A stretch of 64,000 nt of DNA, from positions 83,226-147,225 of the IMG/VR virus record IMGVR_UViG_3300042402_007915, one strand, 5' to 3'. Made by a program: the position numbers and the translations under genes. Source of the DNA: a virus. Shown in pieces: positions 1 to 10,826 of this stretch (the first letter of the stretch is position 1; the number at the start of each line of letters is the position of its first letter). Under the pieces are notes generated by a model, which saw nothing but the letters and a program-made list of their open reading frames with translations, ran no database searches and had not been told where the DNA came from.

Positions 1-1
1 A

Positions 2-1735
2 TACTTCTATGATGCTGATACGAACAGCATCTACTGTGTGACAGCAACAGCTGGTGGAACAATTACTTACACAACTGTTCCGTACACCTACGCAGGTGGA
101 GCAAACTATACTGGTGCCAGATTCAACGTCATCCCAGACCCAAATCAATTGCATGAGGGCGGAGACGGTTGCGACGTCTCGGCTGAGCTTGACTCTGAAG
201 GACGCCACCTTATTTCTCTCCCGGTCATCTCTCATACGCAGAGGAGCTTTTCGGAAGCAGATGTTGCTCTAACCAGCCTAGATCCTCTCTACCAAGACCA
301 GCTCTTACTCCCCAAGGTACTAGTGGACAACTTTACAGCCGGGGATACGATCCCAGCTGGGTTCCTAATGCTGAAGAACTGGACTACTGGCAAGGTCTAC
401 GACTCGGCAACTTATACGTACATCGATTCTGAAAGCTTCTACATCTCAGGGGTTGACCTAGAAGAAGAGGTGGCCAACGGAGATCAGTTCATTACACTGA
501 CGGTCGGAACTGACATTACTACGTCCATTGACGACCTTAGAATGAAAATGGGCCTCCACTCTCACGATGGTCGGTTCGGGGAGCAGCACATTGAAGCTGG
601 CACTATTACTGGTTGGACTACTAACGCTGGACCTAGTGGCGTTTACATGCCTTCCAGCATTGCCAACAACCATGCCCCACAGTATCTCCTTCGAGACGGC
701 AAGCGTACAGATAACTCTCCCCTCAATGACGACAATGCCATGAGAGGAGATATTTGGTTTGGACTTACGGCGGGAACTCCTGGAGCTTACCTTCCCCTCC
801 TCTCTAGCGGCGAAAGCTATGGTGTTCGGTTTGGCGGTTCGGGATGGCGCATCTACAGAAACAGCTCTGACGACCTTGTCATTACAACCCCTGCGGATGA
901 CCGCGTAAAGATTGAGACTACAAAGAACGTAGCCTTATTCACTCCGGTGAAGATGTTTGCCGGCTTCAACATAGAGACGGTTGAACTAACAAGCGGTTCC
1001 AAACCAGATGGCCAATACTGGGGTAGTTACAGCTTCGAGGAAGAAGCTCATGGCATTGCCGGTCATAACGTAGATGCCACCTTCTCTGGGATTTATGTAG
1101 GGCCAACTTCTAACGAGTGGGGCGTTGATAGACTTCCTGCTTGGGATATTGATCGTCATGGAACCGAACATAGTGTCAGGGCGGAACAATCCTGGTGTAC
1201 TTGGCCAGGAAGTGTAAGCGTCGCTGGCACCGTTAGTGGGAGTGCCGCTGCTGACTATTGGGTGGTTCCTAAGATTCAGATTATACACGTTGGTCTTCAG
1301 AGTCTGAAGGTAAACTTCAAAGACAGCGGCGGAAGTAACGCAGCTACTTGGGCTGATGTTCAGTACGCAGTAACAGATGCTATCCCGCTTCCATCAGGCC
1401 TAATGCATTACCACGTTATCGGCATCATGGGTATGCTTCATCAGCCCGATATCGGAGCTAACGCCTGGGAGACGGGCTACACAAACATTAGAGGCCAAGC
1501 GCTCAGCCATATTGCCTTTAGGATTGTAAGCGGAGAAGTATTCGCCACCATCGACTGTGACACTGGCTCGGATTCAAATAATCCTTACTACTGGTCCAAC
1601 TGGATGGATGCGGAGGGAGATACGTCTGGCGACGCACCGAACTCCTCAAGCATCAACTATGTAGACGTGAAGATTACGCTTCTCATTGCAGCTCCAGAGA
1701 AAACAGGAATCACGAATATCTACGAGAGAACCTAA
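2..1735 (+). CDS. Putative virion structural protein (5' truncated)
   Basis: The frame is open from base 2. G/S/T/D-rich, beta-rich composition with an HSHDG motif typical of fibre/baseplate proteins; first gene of the + strand operon. Confidence 0.55.
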   Translation, partial: YFYDADTNSIYCVTATAGGTITYTTVPYTYAGGANYTGARFNVIPDPNQLHEGGDGCDVSAELDSEGRHLISLPVISHTQRSFSEADVALTSLDPLYQDQLLLPKVLVDNFTAGDTIPAGFLMLKNWTTGKVYDSATYTYIDSESFYISGVDLEEEVANGDQFITLTVGTDITTSIDDLRMKMGLHSHDGRFGEQHIEAGTITGWTTNAGPSGVYMPSSIANNHAPQYLLRDGKRTDNSPLNDDNAMRGDIWFGLTAGTPGAYLPLLSSGESYGVRFGGSGWRIYRNSSDDLVITTPADDRVKIETTKNVALFTPVKMFAGFNIETVELTSGSKPDGQYWGSYSFEEEAHGIAGHNVDATFSGIYVGPTSNEWGVDRLPAWDIDRHGTEHSVRAEQSWCTWPGSVSVAGTVSGSAAADYWVVPKIQIIHVGLQSLKVNFKDSGGSNAATWADVQYAVTDAIPLPSGLMHYHVIGIMGMLHQPDIGANAWETGYTNIRGQALSHIAFRIVSGEVFATIDCDTGSDSNNPYYWSNWMDAEGDTSGDAPNSSSINYVDVKITLLIAAPEKTGITNIYERT

Positions 1736-3816
1736 TGGCTAAGCTAACCTTAAAGCTTCTTGCTAGTGGAGACGCCGATAACAAGATTGAGTTGTCGGCG
1801 CCGTTCCATGTTCACGTACATAACAATGTCGAGCAGTTCTCTTTCTCTAGGACCCTCAAAGAGGGACATGTACCCATCGCCTACTTAGAGAATGAAGCAA
1901 TCACACCTACCAAGAACTTGAGCCTAGTGGAAAGGTACTACGTTGCTCCTGGGTTCGTACCTGAACGTGTAGAAGACCCCCTGAGGGCTGGTAAAACGTT
2001 TACAAGCGTCGCGTACAGCTCACCCTATAGACGAGTCCTCATGACAAACCAGACGGCCCAGAACGAACGTGGGAGACTTGTACCGCTATACAAGAAACAC
2101 CTTGTACCAACCGGAACAACAAGGGTTGAGATCCGCAAGGTCTCAACCGAAAACGATCCGAAACTAAATGCTGAGTTTAGATTTGACGCAGACACTTTGT
2201 CCGTCTTCAACAACTTCAAGAATCGCTTTGACACCGAGACTGAATACACCATTTACTTTGTAGACTGTTTTGGTGCGTATGGGAAGATTACTCAGATATT
2301 GAATAACGTCCCTGCGGTTTCAGAGGCAACTTGGGAAGACATTGACCTTGAGACTGGTGCGTTAAGAGAGGGGCTTTCCGTTTACACAGTAGAGAAGAAC
2401 TCTGATGGCTACACTTTCTACTTGAACGTTGGAGACAAGTATTGGGTCAAAGCTAATGACGAGTACATGATTCGTCCAGTAAAACCCAAGACGTTAAGCT
2501 ACAAAGACTCTTGGTATATGCAGTTCTCGGCTGGGGAAGTAGTTGATTTTCACAATGGCCTTACCATGCGGTATAGCGTTCCTGAGATTAGTACCCAGCC
2601 CTATACGCCCTATGCTCCTTACATGTTTGCAAGTCAACAGACTGGATTGCAGCTAGATGAAAGCCTGTTGTACCTTGGGAGAAAGAGATTGGCGATTAAG
2701 CCTGAAATGGGTCTCCACTTGGTAGTAAAACTGCTTGACGGCAATGGTCTCCTAAAGCGTGTCCTTACTACTCAGAGCTCCAAGAACGGATTGCCTTATA
2801 GCGGTGCAGTAAAGTATGAGTATGGTTCTATTGCGTCTTGGTCGAATGAAAGCGGCCTTGTCGTTCTTAATGAACAAATCGGCACTAACACTCAGGTGGA
2901 AGCGTCCTTCTATTACGAAGCCGATCTTCTTAACTACACGGGTATCAATCTCAATCCCTTTACCGACTCTAGGATCCTAAACCACACTATTGTGTTCTAC
3001 ATTGTTCCGAACGTCGTTGATGGAGAGCGGGCTATCCACCATCTGATTGTTGACTCTTCAGGGCGTATCGTTTACTCCTCGCAAGGTCCGGGCGCAAGCT
3101 CTTATCCAAACCTGCAAAGACTCAACACTGATGAGTCTTTCAATGACAATACAGTTGTGGGTATGGCTTACCAAGACGAAGAGGACGATTCCTTTTACGG
3201 CCTCTACTGCTTTGGCCAAGAGAACAACTTCGGGTATGTAGTCCTTGCAGAAGTTTCTTACCAAGACACTCAGCACGTTAGCGATGTTAAGTCAGTAGAT
3301 GTTCTTCCAAAAGGTGGTGTTCCTAAAGACAGAGTGTTCACGTATACACGTAACCCCAAACTCATTGAGTCAGCAAAGTCTTGGAGTCCTAGAGGAAGGA
3401 AGGTGGTGCGAAGTGGAGTGCTCTTAATAGAGGCGCCCCTTTCTCTTCTCCAGGACTATGGCGGCAGGCTCACCCTGCAAGAAGCAGAAACCCTGTTGAC
3501 ACAAAGAGTCGACATGTCAGTACTGCCTGTAATCGAGTGGACCTACCCTAAGTGCATAGTCAACGTAGATACAACCGTTGAAAGTGAAGTTAGCTTTGCT
3601 TGCTCGTTCGAAGGTTTATACACCTACAACCTATACAGAAAAAACGAAGACGGTATATTTGACCTTTACGATAGCGTCGCAGTAACCGAACGAGGTGACA
3701 TCAATTTTCTGGTTGATGAACTTAGCTCTGGGGCTGTAGAAACCTTCAGATTGTGTTTAAGCTATGGTGAGATTGAGTATCCAGCTTCTTGTGAAGTAAC
3801 AGTTGAGGTGAAATAA
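1735..3816 (+). CDS. Putative virion structural (baseplate-like) protein, 693 aa
   Basis: Long ORF coupled by a TAATG overlap; beta-rich with a possible Ig/FN3-like C-terminus. Confidence 0.55.
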   Translation: MAKLTLKLLASGDADNKIELSAPFHVHVHNNVEQFSFSRTLKEGHVPIAYLENEAITPTKNLSLVERYYVAPGFVPERVEDPLRAGKTFTSVAYSSPYRRVLMTNQTAQNERGRLVPLYKKHLVPTGTTRVEIRKVSTENDPKLNAEFRFDADTLSVFNNFKNRFDTETEYTIYFVDCFGAYGKITQILNNVPAVSEATWEDIDLETGALREGLSVYTVEKNSDGYTFYLNVGDKYWVKANDEYMIRPVKPKTLSYKDSWYMQFSAGEVVDFHNGLTMRYSVPEISTQPYTPYAPYMFASQQTGLQLDESLLYLGRKRLAIKPEMGLHLVVKLLDGNGLLKRVLTTQSSKNGLPYSGAVKYEYGSIASWSNESGLVVLNEQIGTNTQVEASFYYEADLLNYTGINLNPFTDSRILNHTIVFYIVPNVVDGERAIHHLIVDSSGRIVYSSQGPGASSYPNLQRLNTDESFNDNTVVGMAYQDEEDDSFYGLYCFGQENNFGYVVLAEVSYQDTQHVSDVKSVDVLPKGGVPKDRVFTYTRNPKLIESAKSWSPRGRKVVRSGVLLIEAPLSLLQDYGGRLTLQEAETLLTQRVDMSVLPVIEWTYPKCIVNVDTTVESEVSFACSFEGLYTYNLYRKNEDGIFDLYDSVAVTERGDINFLVDELSSGAVETFRLCLSYGEIEYPASCEVTVEVK

Positions 3817-4265
3817 TGGCGGCTAAAGATATCACATTTGAATTCGATGGGGATCCAATCCAGTCTCCCCAGGCCTTAGAGTCGGGGACTTCTGTTACGA
3901 TTCACATTGTGAATTCAGGAGAAGAGGACCAAGCCACCCTTGGGATGTTTTTGGTACCCGCAGATAACCTCGGCACTTGGGAAGATGCTTCCGAAGACGC
4001 TCCTGCAACGGATTACCAGACAGTTCTCACTTGGGGCACTAATACTGTCCTTGAAGAAGATACCCAGGGTGGTCTCAAGGTTACCTACCAAAATGGAGAG
4101 GGAGAAGTCACGACTTACTTTACAAGACTACAAGGCTCTCTTTACGAGAATAGGATCGAGCTGCTTGAGCTTGAGGTTGGAGAGTCACACGAGATTACCC
4201 TTGAGCTTGAAACCCCAACGGGAGAAGCTGCTAGAAAAATCTACGTAAGCCTAGCCGTGGAGTAA
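3816..4265 (+). CDS. Acidic putative virion protein, 149 aa
   Basis: TAATG coupling inside the structural operon; Ig-like beta pattern. Confidence 0.55.
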   Translation: MAAKDITFEFDGDPIQSPQALESGTSVTIHIVNSGEEDQATLGMFLVPADNLGTWEDASEDAPATDYQTVLTWGTNTVLEEDTQGGLKVTYQNGEGEVTTYFTRLQGSLYENRIELLELEVGESHEITLELETPTGEAARKIYVSLAVE

Positions 4266-4268
4266 ACC

Positions 4269-6020
4269 ATGAACACAAGAATGACTCCCAAGTTCAGGGA
4301 CGCTCAAGTTGCTGTTGTAGAAGAATATGTGAGAGGAAGGCGTAAGGGCGTTCTTGAACAGCAGGCTGGTAACGAGGAGATGAAGAAACGACTTCGACTC
4401 CTCGAAGGCAATCTTGTTACTGTACCTGTTCCGATGGATGGTCCAATTCGTGCTAAAGACCTAGACGAAGCTTTGACGAGCTACCTTCTTCTCAACGGAA
4501 GCTTGGAGCGAGCCACGGAGTCCCATGTTGATTTTTGTTCGAAGCTTACAGAGAACGCTAAGATGCGCCTGGATGACTTCGAAGTTAAGACGACAAGGGC
4601 TGAAGGTTTGGTTTTGGAAGTAAGTACCGAAGACGATGAGCAGACGCAGATTCATCTTAACCAGTTCCTCAACAACAGAGACTTCGGCGATCAGATAGAA
4701 ACCCCCATTACAGATCCTAAGACGGGTATTGTCTTCACGGAAGACCACCGTTGTTCTCCTCGTGGTCTTGGTGGACTTAGACTTCCTGAAGCGGACATTG
4801 CCGAACTAAGGTTTGTACAAGCAGACATCAGTTATGAAGACACTTCGTTTTCGAACGTAAAGGCTCCAATCCCAACCGATGACCCCGCCAAGGTGTTCCT
4901 CGAGAAAGCAGCCTTCAGGTTCAGTTCCTATCAGTCGAAAGACTGGAGAAAGACAAAGTCTAATGCAGCTTTGGGTTTGGTTTTGACGCTGCCTGGTTCC
5001 CAGCTAATCAACTCAATTAGAGTCAGAATGGGGTCGGCAAAGAAGACCGAAGTTGAGGAGCTTTACTTCGAGAACGAATATGGCGAGTGGGAAAGTATTG
5101 AGGTGCATATACCAGTTGAAGGAGATAGCTTTGAGTTGCTATTTGCTCCAGTTACCACACGCCGGCTTAGGATTGTTTTTGTGCAGTACTCTCCGCTTTA
5201 CGTGGGACCTCAAACCTTTAGTTTTGATAACAGAGTAATGCAGGAAGAAGTAGAGCATTACGAATTCGTAATCAAAGAGATTTGGGCGCGTAGGATCCAG
5301 TACAAGGGTCTTGGGTACTTTTTGAGCAAGAGCATGGAAGTAGAGCGGCCCCTCTCTTTCTCCCTCAAGGAAGCAGTGCTCGACCTAACAGGTTCACACG
5401 CAAGGTACTTTGTAAGTGATACTGTTACAACAGACACCTTAACTGATAAGTACCTACTCCTTACCTTGAGGGGAAGGGCGGGGAAAGAAAGCGAAGTCAT
5501 CATTGCTGTACCTAGCAGCGCTACCGAAGCGGAGATGCTCCCAAGTACCAACCAAGCTAGTAGACTGAACTTCGCACCACTCATCACAGAAACATCTGCT
5601 CCTGTAGTCAAGAACAGTTCTGGCGTCCTAGTGTTTGGTACTGACTACGAGATTACTTATAACGGCATTAACTGGATTGGTGCGTACGACAGTACAAATC
5701 CATATATCAATGGAGACTTAACACCGGTAGCGACTTCAGCGCAAATAAGATTACTGGCTCCAGAATCCGGAGAGCTCTACTGGATTGAATACAAAGCTAT
5801 GCCTAACCAGTATCTTGAGAAGTCTAAGAGATTCTTTCTGAAGAATGGTAGAGTGCAAACGGCGAAGAAAAATAACCTGCTGGAAGGAGAAGTGAGAGTT
5901 CTCTACGTACTAAGATCTCTTTCTAACGATTTCTATCTAACACCCGTAATCAAGAATTACTTGCTGCGTGTAAGGGAAGGGAACAATGAGAACGAATCTT
6001 CTAGGCCAAGAGAGTCCTAA
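4269..6020 (+). CDS. Putative virion structural protein, paralogue 1 of a trio
   Basis: N-terminal helical/coiled region, beta-sandwich middle, C-terminal LRSLSNDFYLTPVIKNYLLRV. Confidence 0.55.
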   Translation: MNTRMTPKFRDAQVAVVEEYVRGRRKGVLEQQAGNEEMKKRLRLLEGNLVTVPVPMDGPIRAKDLDEALTSYLLLNGSLERATESHVDFCSKLTENAKMRLDDFEVKTTRAEGLVLEVSTEDDEQTQIHLNQFLNNRDFGDQIETPITDPKTGIVFTEDHRCSPRGLGGLRLPEADIAELRFVQADISYEDTSFSNVKAPIPTDDPAKVFLEKAAFRFSSYQSKDWRKTKSNAALGLVLTLPGSQLINSIRVRMGSAKKTEVEELYFENEYGEWESIEVHIPVEGDSFELLFAPVTTRRLRIVFVQYSPLYVGPQTFSFDNRVMQEEVEHYEFVIKEIWARRIQYKGLGYFLSKSMEVERPLSFSLKEAVLDLTGSHARYFVSDTVTTDTLTDKYLLLTLRGRAGKESEVIIAVPSSATEAEMLPSTNQASRLNFAPLITETSAPVVKNSSGVLVFGTDYEITYNGINWIGAYDSTNPYINGDLTPVATSAQIRLLAPESGELYWIEYKAMPNQYLEKSKRFFLKNGRVQTAKKNNLLEGEVRVLYVLRSLSNDFYLTPVIKNYLLRVREGNNENESSRPRES

Positions 6021-8853
6021 GGTATTTGCTCAACAGGTTGCAGATAGAAGCATTGCAACCTTTCGTTCGAGTAGAGGTTCAGTTGAAGAGGCCGCCGATG
6101 CTAGGGCGGCCGTAAGTTCTTTCTTCCTCAAGGTCATAGAGGCTGACCTCAACCTTGTTGAACAGGGGGATTATATTGACCCCGAGAAGATGAGCCTGCT
6201 TAATCAGTACCTCAGTACTCTTGCTGTGCTGACCGAAGAAGCCTACTCTAACCTTGTCGCAAGAGAAAAAGAGTTTGCAAACGTGTCAGACGCTTTAGAC
6301 ACGGCCCTCTCTAGTTCACTCGTGAAAGTAAACCAGAAGCACTCGGCTCTTAAGTCTCTGTCGTCTACGGCAGCACAAGTGGTCCGTGAAGGTTTTAAGA
6401 GGAGAGAGCGGCTGGCTTTAACTGGAGCTGCCGAAGAGCTTGCACTGTTCTCCAGGCAGGGAGTTGCTACTCTACCTATTGAAAGCGAAGCCATCGTATC
6501 TATCTCAAAGATGTCTATCGCTCGTGGCTCTAACGGCATTAACGGAAACTCGGATAGAAAGGTGTTGCCTGAACTTGGGTACCTAAGTTCAATCTTGGAC
6601 AGCAATCCAGACAACCACTTTGAGTACGAGTCTTACAAGCGTGGACCTTTAACTCTCAAGCTCAGAGTACAGCTTGACCGAGAATCTATTGTTAACCATC
6701 TACGTTTCAAGTTTGTGAATCCGGAAAGCGTTCCAAGTTTTACTGTTGAAAACATTCTAATCAACGACAAGAACTTGGGCATGATGAGCGTCAAGGAGTT
6801 GTGCCCTAACAGAAAGGAGCCAGACTTCTGGGACGCCATCAATGAGGATGGCACGGGGAACTGGGAGGTTGTTTTCCTCCCAGTAATCGCAACAGAGTTC
6901 ACGCTTGTTCTGAAGCAGACACACGCCAACACTGAAGGCAGAAAGGCCATTGGTATCGGCGGCATGGAAGTAAAAGGAATTCGGTTCAAATCAAGTGGAA
7001 AGATTTCTTCAAAGCCAAGGGGGCTGGCTTCGTCTCTGTACTACGCAGAGAGACGCGCCCGTATTTTCCCTCCAGGTGAACGCTTCTACAAAGCAGATAT
7101 CAAAACAGAGTATGAAATTGACGGTACAATAGCTCGTGACATTCATGGCCTCAGTGGTGAGGAGCAGGACATGAGTTGGTCTTGTTCCTTGAGAAGGAAA
7201 GAAGGTGCCGTCAGCTCCGCCAAGACGCTTCTAACCAAAGAAGAGTTGTACGAGGTAGATACCCTTACTAGGACAATCAACCCAAACAGGTCTCCTGCTC
7301 TCGTTCCCCTAAACGTAGACCTTGAAGACACAAAGCTTTTAGTCGTTCAGCCAAACATTGCCAAGGTGGGAGAGAGGTCAGAACCCGTATCTCTTGGTCG
7401 TCTAAACACCGGGCAGTATCGAGTCACAACTCCGACCTCTATCCTTGAAAGAGACTTTGACGTAAGTGACCTTGTCGTGGAAGTAAGCGGCGAAAGATAT
7501 GATTACGTTCAGGACACTGCTTCACTTGGAACTGCAAACTGGACCTTCTCCGAACTCTACAAGAAGATCATCCTCTCGGACGATGCTCCCTCTGGGGGAG
7601 AAGTTACTGTCCGGTTTAAGCCAGAAGTTCCTGTCTGGGAGAAGACACCTAACGGCTATGCCTGTAACCCAAGCTTCCTCTTTGATCCCGACAAGAAGCT
7701 TATCAGCATCTCCTTGACGGATGAACTCAACGCAAGCAAGGTCTTCAATCTGCCTAGGAACCAAGAAGTCATCCGCCTCCCGCACAAGCATATCAACCGA
7801 GATAGTGCTCAGCTTGTGGGTTCTGATGGTGTTGTTCTCGAGCTTGTAGATACTGTTGCCGAGCTTGCCTCTGGTAAGTGGTACCTCGATGAAAGTATTG
7901 GTGTTGTGAAGCTGTATGAAAGTTCAGGCCTTCTTGCGCTTACTCTTCACTACAGCTGTTCGCCTCGTACTGAGGTGAGAAAAGAACAGTACTCGGTGCT
8001 ATTCGAAGGGGTTACTCCGAAGAGCCTCTTGGTGAGTTCGGAAGCTTTTAATGCATTCAGTGTTAGCGAACGTAAGGGCGATGAATTGATTAGCCGCAAC
8101 AACCCGGTGACAGGGCGCTGGGGAGCAAGGAATGACCCCTACACTGGTGTCTCCAACAAGAAGCGCCTTTCATACGAATCAATTATCAAGGGCACTCTTA
8201 AGACCAAGAACTTGTTTGTTGTCGGAGAAGACGCAGAAGAAATCCCGTACATTAACGGGTACTTGGAATTCTTAGGCGCCACTTATTCGGAAGAGAAGAC
8301 AAACCAAACAGCTCCTGTTGCGGGTGTTGTTACGTTCTCTCTTGCCGGCGGCTCTCTTACTCTCAAGGAACTTGGTGTTCGTTTTTCAGACACAAGTGTG
8401 TTTGTTTCCCAGAAGGCTTTGTTGGGTGGGTTGTCCTCTACAGGTGACTACCACATTTCAAACTCTGGTGTTGTTTCGGTCAAGAGACCAACAGCACTGC
8501 CTGCAGACATTACTGTGTCCTACTACTACAGCAACCCAAGGTTTGTTTCCTCTAACAAGTATTCTGTCGATTACAGAAACGGAGACATCTTTAGTGAAAC
8601 AGACATGAGGGACGAAGGAATAATTAGGTACAAAGTTTGTCCCTCTGTAATCGAGTATGATATCGTTAAAGAGTTAACAGAGGCTGTGTATTATGATGAG
8701 ACGAATCTGTTGACTGTTGCAACAGAGGAAATGCTGCCTGTAAATAACAAGGTCAAAGTCTTCTGGAAGAAAACAGTGAACGTAGATACGCTAGAGGATT
8801 TGGCGGCCTACTTCTCCCCCATTGTGACAGCAATCACTCATAGGTACTACTAA
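5986..8853 (+). CDS. Putative virion structural protein, 955 aa, paralogue 2 of a trio
   Basis: Same overall architecture as its neighbours; C-terminal FSPIV; long ORF in the operon. Confidence 0.55.
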   Translation: MRTNLLGQESPKVFAQQVADRSIATFRSSRGSVEEAADARAAVSSFFLKVIEADLNLVEQGDYIDPEKMSLLNQYLSTLAVLTEEAYSNLVAREKEFANVSDALDTALSSSLVKVNQKHSALKSLSSTAAQVVREGFKRRERLALTGAAEELALFSRQGVATLPIESEAIVSISKMSIARGSNGINGNSDRKVLPELGYLSSILDSNPDNHFEYESYKRGPLTLKLRVQLDRESIVNHLRFKFVNPESVPSFTVENILINDKNLGMMSVKELCPNRKEPDFWDAINEDGTGNWEVVFLPVIATEFTLVLKQTHANTEGRKAIGIGGMEVKGIRFKSSGKISSKPRGLASSLYYAERRARIFPPGERFYKADIKTEYEIDGTIARDIHGLSGEEQDMSWSCSLRRKEGAVSSAKTLLTKEELYEVDTLTRTINPNRSPALVPLNVDLEDTKLLVVQPNIAKVGERSEPVSLGRLNTGQYRVTTPTSILERDFDVSDLVVEVSGERYDYVQDTASLGTANWTFSELYKKIILSDDAPSGGEVTVRFKPEVPVWEKTPNGYACNPSFLFDPDKKLISISLTDELNASKVFNLPRNQEVIRLPHKHINRDSAQLVGSDGVVLELVDTVAELASGKWYLDESIGVVKLYESSGLLALTLHYSCSPRTEVRKEQYSVLFEGVTPKSLLVSSEAFNAFSVSERKGDELISRNNPVTGRWGARNDPYTGVSNKKRLSYESIIKGTLKTKNLFVVGEDAEEIPYINGYLEFLGATYSEEKTNQTAPVAGVVTFSLAGGSLTLKELGVRFSDTSVFVSQKALLGGLSSTGDYHISNSGVVSVKRPTALPADITVSYYYSNPRFVSSNKYSVDYRNGDIFSETDMRDEGIIRYKVCPSVIEYDIVKELTEAVYYDETNLLTVATEEMLPVNNKVKVFWKKTVNVDTLEDLAAYFSPIVTAITHRYY

Positions 8854-10823
8854 TGAAACCCAAGCTAGAAGAAGCCATCGCAACCTTTGTCCTTGAGAAT
8901 AGAAGGGCTCCATCTGCGTACGAGCTTAGACTTCTTGAGGAAGGGGTAAATAAAAACCCCCTACCGGATTTTGATCCGGAGGGGGTGGAGATTGCTTTCA
9001 GAGAACAGTCTGACGCATTTAAGTTCAGCAAGTTAATGAAGCAAAGATTTGTTCGTGGGTTGAAGGCTTACGAAGAGATGCTCATGCAGTCCGCCAAGCT
9101 TAGGGAAGAACTGATCTTCAAAAAGCACGCCGCTAGTAGAATGCTGGATCGTCTTGCTCGGGTAGAGCAAGGGCTCGACAACATCTTGCTGAAAAAAGAA
9201 AACAAGTTGTTCTTCGCTACGGCAGAAGAGACCTTTGATACTAGAGCCAAGGTGGTAAGACAGAGCACTACGGCGTCTATTAAAGATGGCAATGTCTTCC
9301 TTGGTAAAACAAATGAAAGCAGCATTGAACTGTCTTCGGGAATGATTTCGTATGCGATCTATGCGCCCAAAGGCATCATCTCCAAAGCTGTAACCGAAAG
9401 CACAGAGGCCCTAAAAAACAACGACGGGGTTATGTGGAATGCTTTTGTTTACACCGACTACGAGGTGGGAGAGATTGCATTAGAGCTAACCATCGAATTG
9501 CCAAAGCCAACCACTATCAAGAGGCTTGAACTGATAGGCCCTCCAGTGAACGGCAACTCAGATACAACAGTCGCTGTCTTCTCTAGGTCCCCTAATGGGA
9601 AGCTGCAATCCATTGCTCCAGGTGAAGAAGCCTTTAGGAGCCTAAACACTTTCTTGGTGAACAAAGACGAAGTCGCTTCAATCAGCATTGTGCTCAAGAA
9701 GTCTGCCTTCGACACAAAAACTGATTCGGGAAGACAGAACGTCTACGTGTTCAGTCTAGACCAGTTGGTGTTGTATGGAAGGGGGACGGAAGAGAGTCTG
9801 GAGTCTGTGTTGGTTTGCGGCCCCTACTCCTTCCTCAAGGACAATACCGCAGTTAAGTTTCAAAAGGCTCAGCTCTTCCCTTGTGAGTTCAAACCTAAAG
9901 ACACAAGCATTAGTTACTTCCTGTCTGATGACGGCACCAACTTCCTTCCTTGGACTTCTGAGCCTGTACACTTCCAAGAGGAGGCAGAAGGAACAAGCGC
10001 GGCCCTCATTGAAGAGCTAGAGAACGGACAGTCTTTGATTGCAGATCCTGAAGTAATTGAAGAAGCAGAACTTCAAGTTTCACTGTCATACGAAGACGAA
10101 GCCATCGTCAATAAATACATTGATCCGGATGAAGCTGCCAATGTTCCTCTAACAACCCTCTTGGTCAAGAGAGGAATCCTAACTGCAAGTAACAGAGATG
10201 TTAAGTTCTTCAACGCTACCTCGGGATGGAGATACAAGCGCGGAATCTATTACACATGCGTAGTCGTTAAAGAAGGGGAGGGCAAGACCCTGGACTTTGG
10301 ACCCAACTCAATCAGGGTCAACGGCGTAGAGAAGAGCGGCCTAGTTACTTTCCCTCAAGGTATCAACGAAGTAGGTGTGTACAGTGCTAACTGGAAAACA
10401 ATTGAACCACAAGCCCTAACAGAAGTGGAGCTTGAACAAGAAGACTCTCTGTACCCCTATAACCATAAGTACCTACTACAAGGCTATCAGTATGCAATAG
10501 GATACACCGGAGAGAAGATCTACAACGGCTTTGATGAAATGTTTGCCGTGAAAATGGACTTCGTGTACCCAGAAATTTTTGCAGTAAAGGACCTGACAGA
10601 AGAAGATTTCTATTCGGTCTTTACGGTAGAAGAAGAAGAAACGGGCTCCTTCATTAAAGTCAAGATTGACAGAAGCAGCCAAGAGTGGGTTAACGAACTC
10701 ATCTCTGTATCCTGGTCCAAGATCTCGGCAAGCAGAACTCAGCTATGGGTCAAGGCCATACTAAGAACAACAGTGCCGGGACTAAGCCCGAGACTCGAAT
10801 CCTTTAAGCTTCAGGTGGGGTAA
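8853..10823 (+). CDS. Putative virion structural protein, paralogue 3 of a trio
   Basis: N-terminal coiled coil; C-terminal LRTTVPGLSPRLESFKLQV resembles the end of 4269..6020. Confidence 0.55.
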   Translation: MKPKLEEAIATFVLENRRAPSAYELRLLEEGVNKNPLPDFDPEGVEIAFREQSDAFKFSKLMKQRFVRGLKAYEEMLMQSAKLREELIFKKHAASRMLDRLARVEQGLDNILLKKENKLFFATAEETFDTRAKVVRQSTTASIKDGNVFLGKTNESSIELSSGMISYAIYAPKGIISKAVTESTEALKNNDGVMWNAFVYTDYEVGEIALELTIELPKPTTIKRLELIGPPVNGNSDTTVAVFSRSPNGKLQSIAPGEEAFRSLNTFLVNKDEVASISIVLKKSAFDTKTDSGRQNVYVFSLDQLVLYGRGTEESLESVLVCGPYSFLKDNTAVKFQKAQLFPCEFKPKDTSISYFLSDDGTNFLPWTSEPVHFQEEAEGTSAALIEELENGQSLIADPEVIEEAELQVSLSYEDEAIVNKYIDPDEAANVPLTTLLVKRGILTASNRDVKFFNATSGWRYKRGIYYTCVVVKEGEGKTLDFGPNSIRVNGVEKSGLVTFPQGINEVGVYSANWKTIEPQALTEVELEQEDSLYPYNHKYLLQGYQYAIGYTGEKIYNGFDEMFAVKMDFVYPEIFAVKDLTEEDFYSVFTVEEEETGSFIKVKIDRSSQEWVNELISVSWSKISASRTQLWVKAILRTTVPGLSPRLESFKLQVG

Positions 10824-10826
10824 CAA

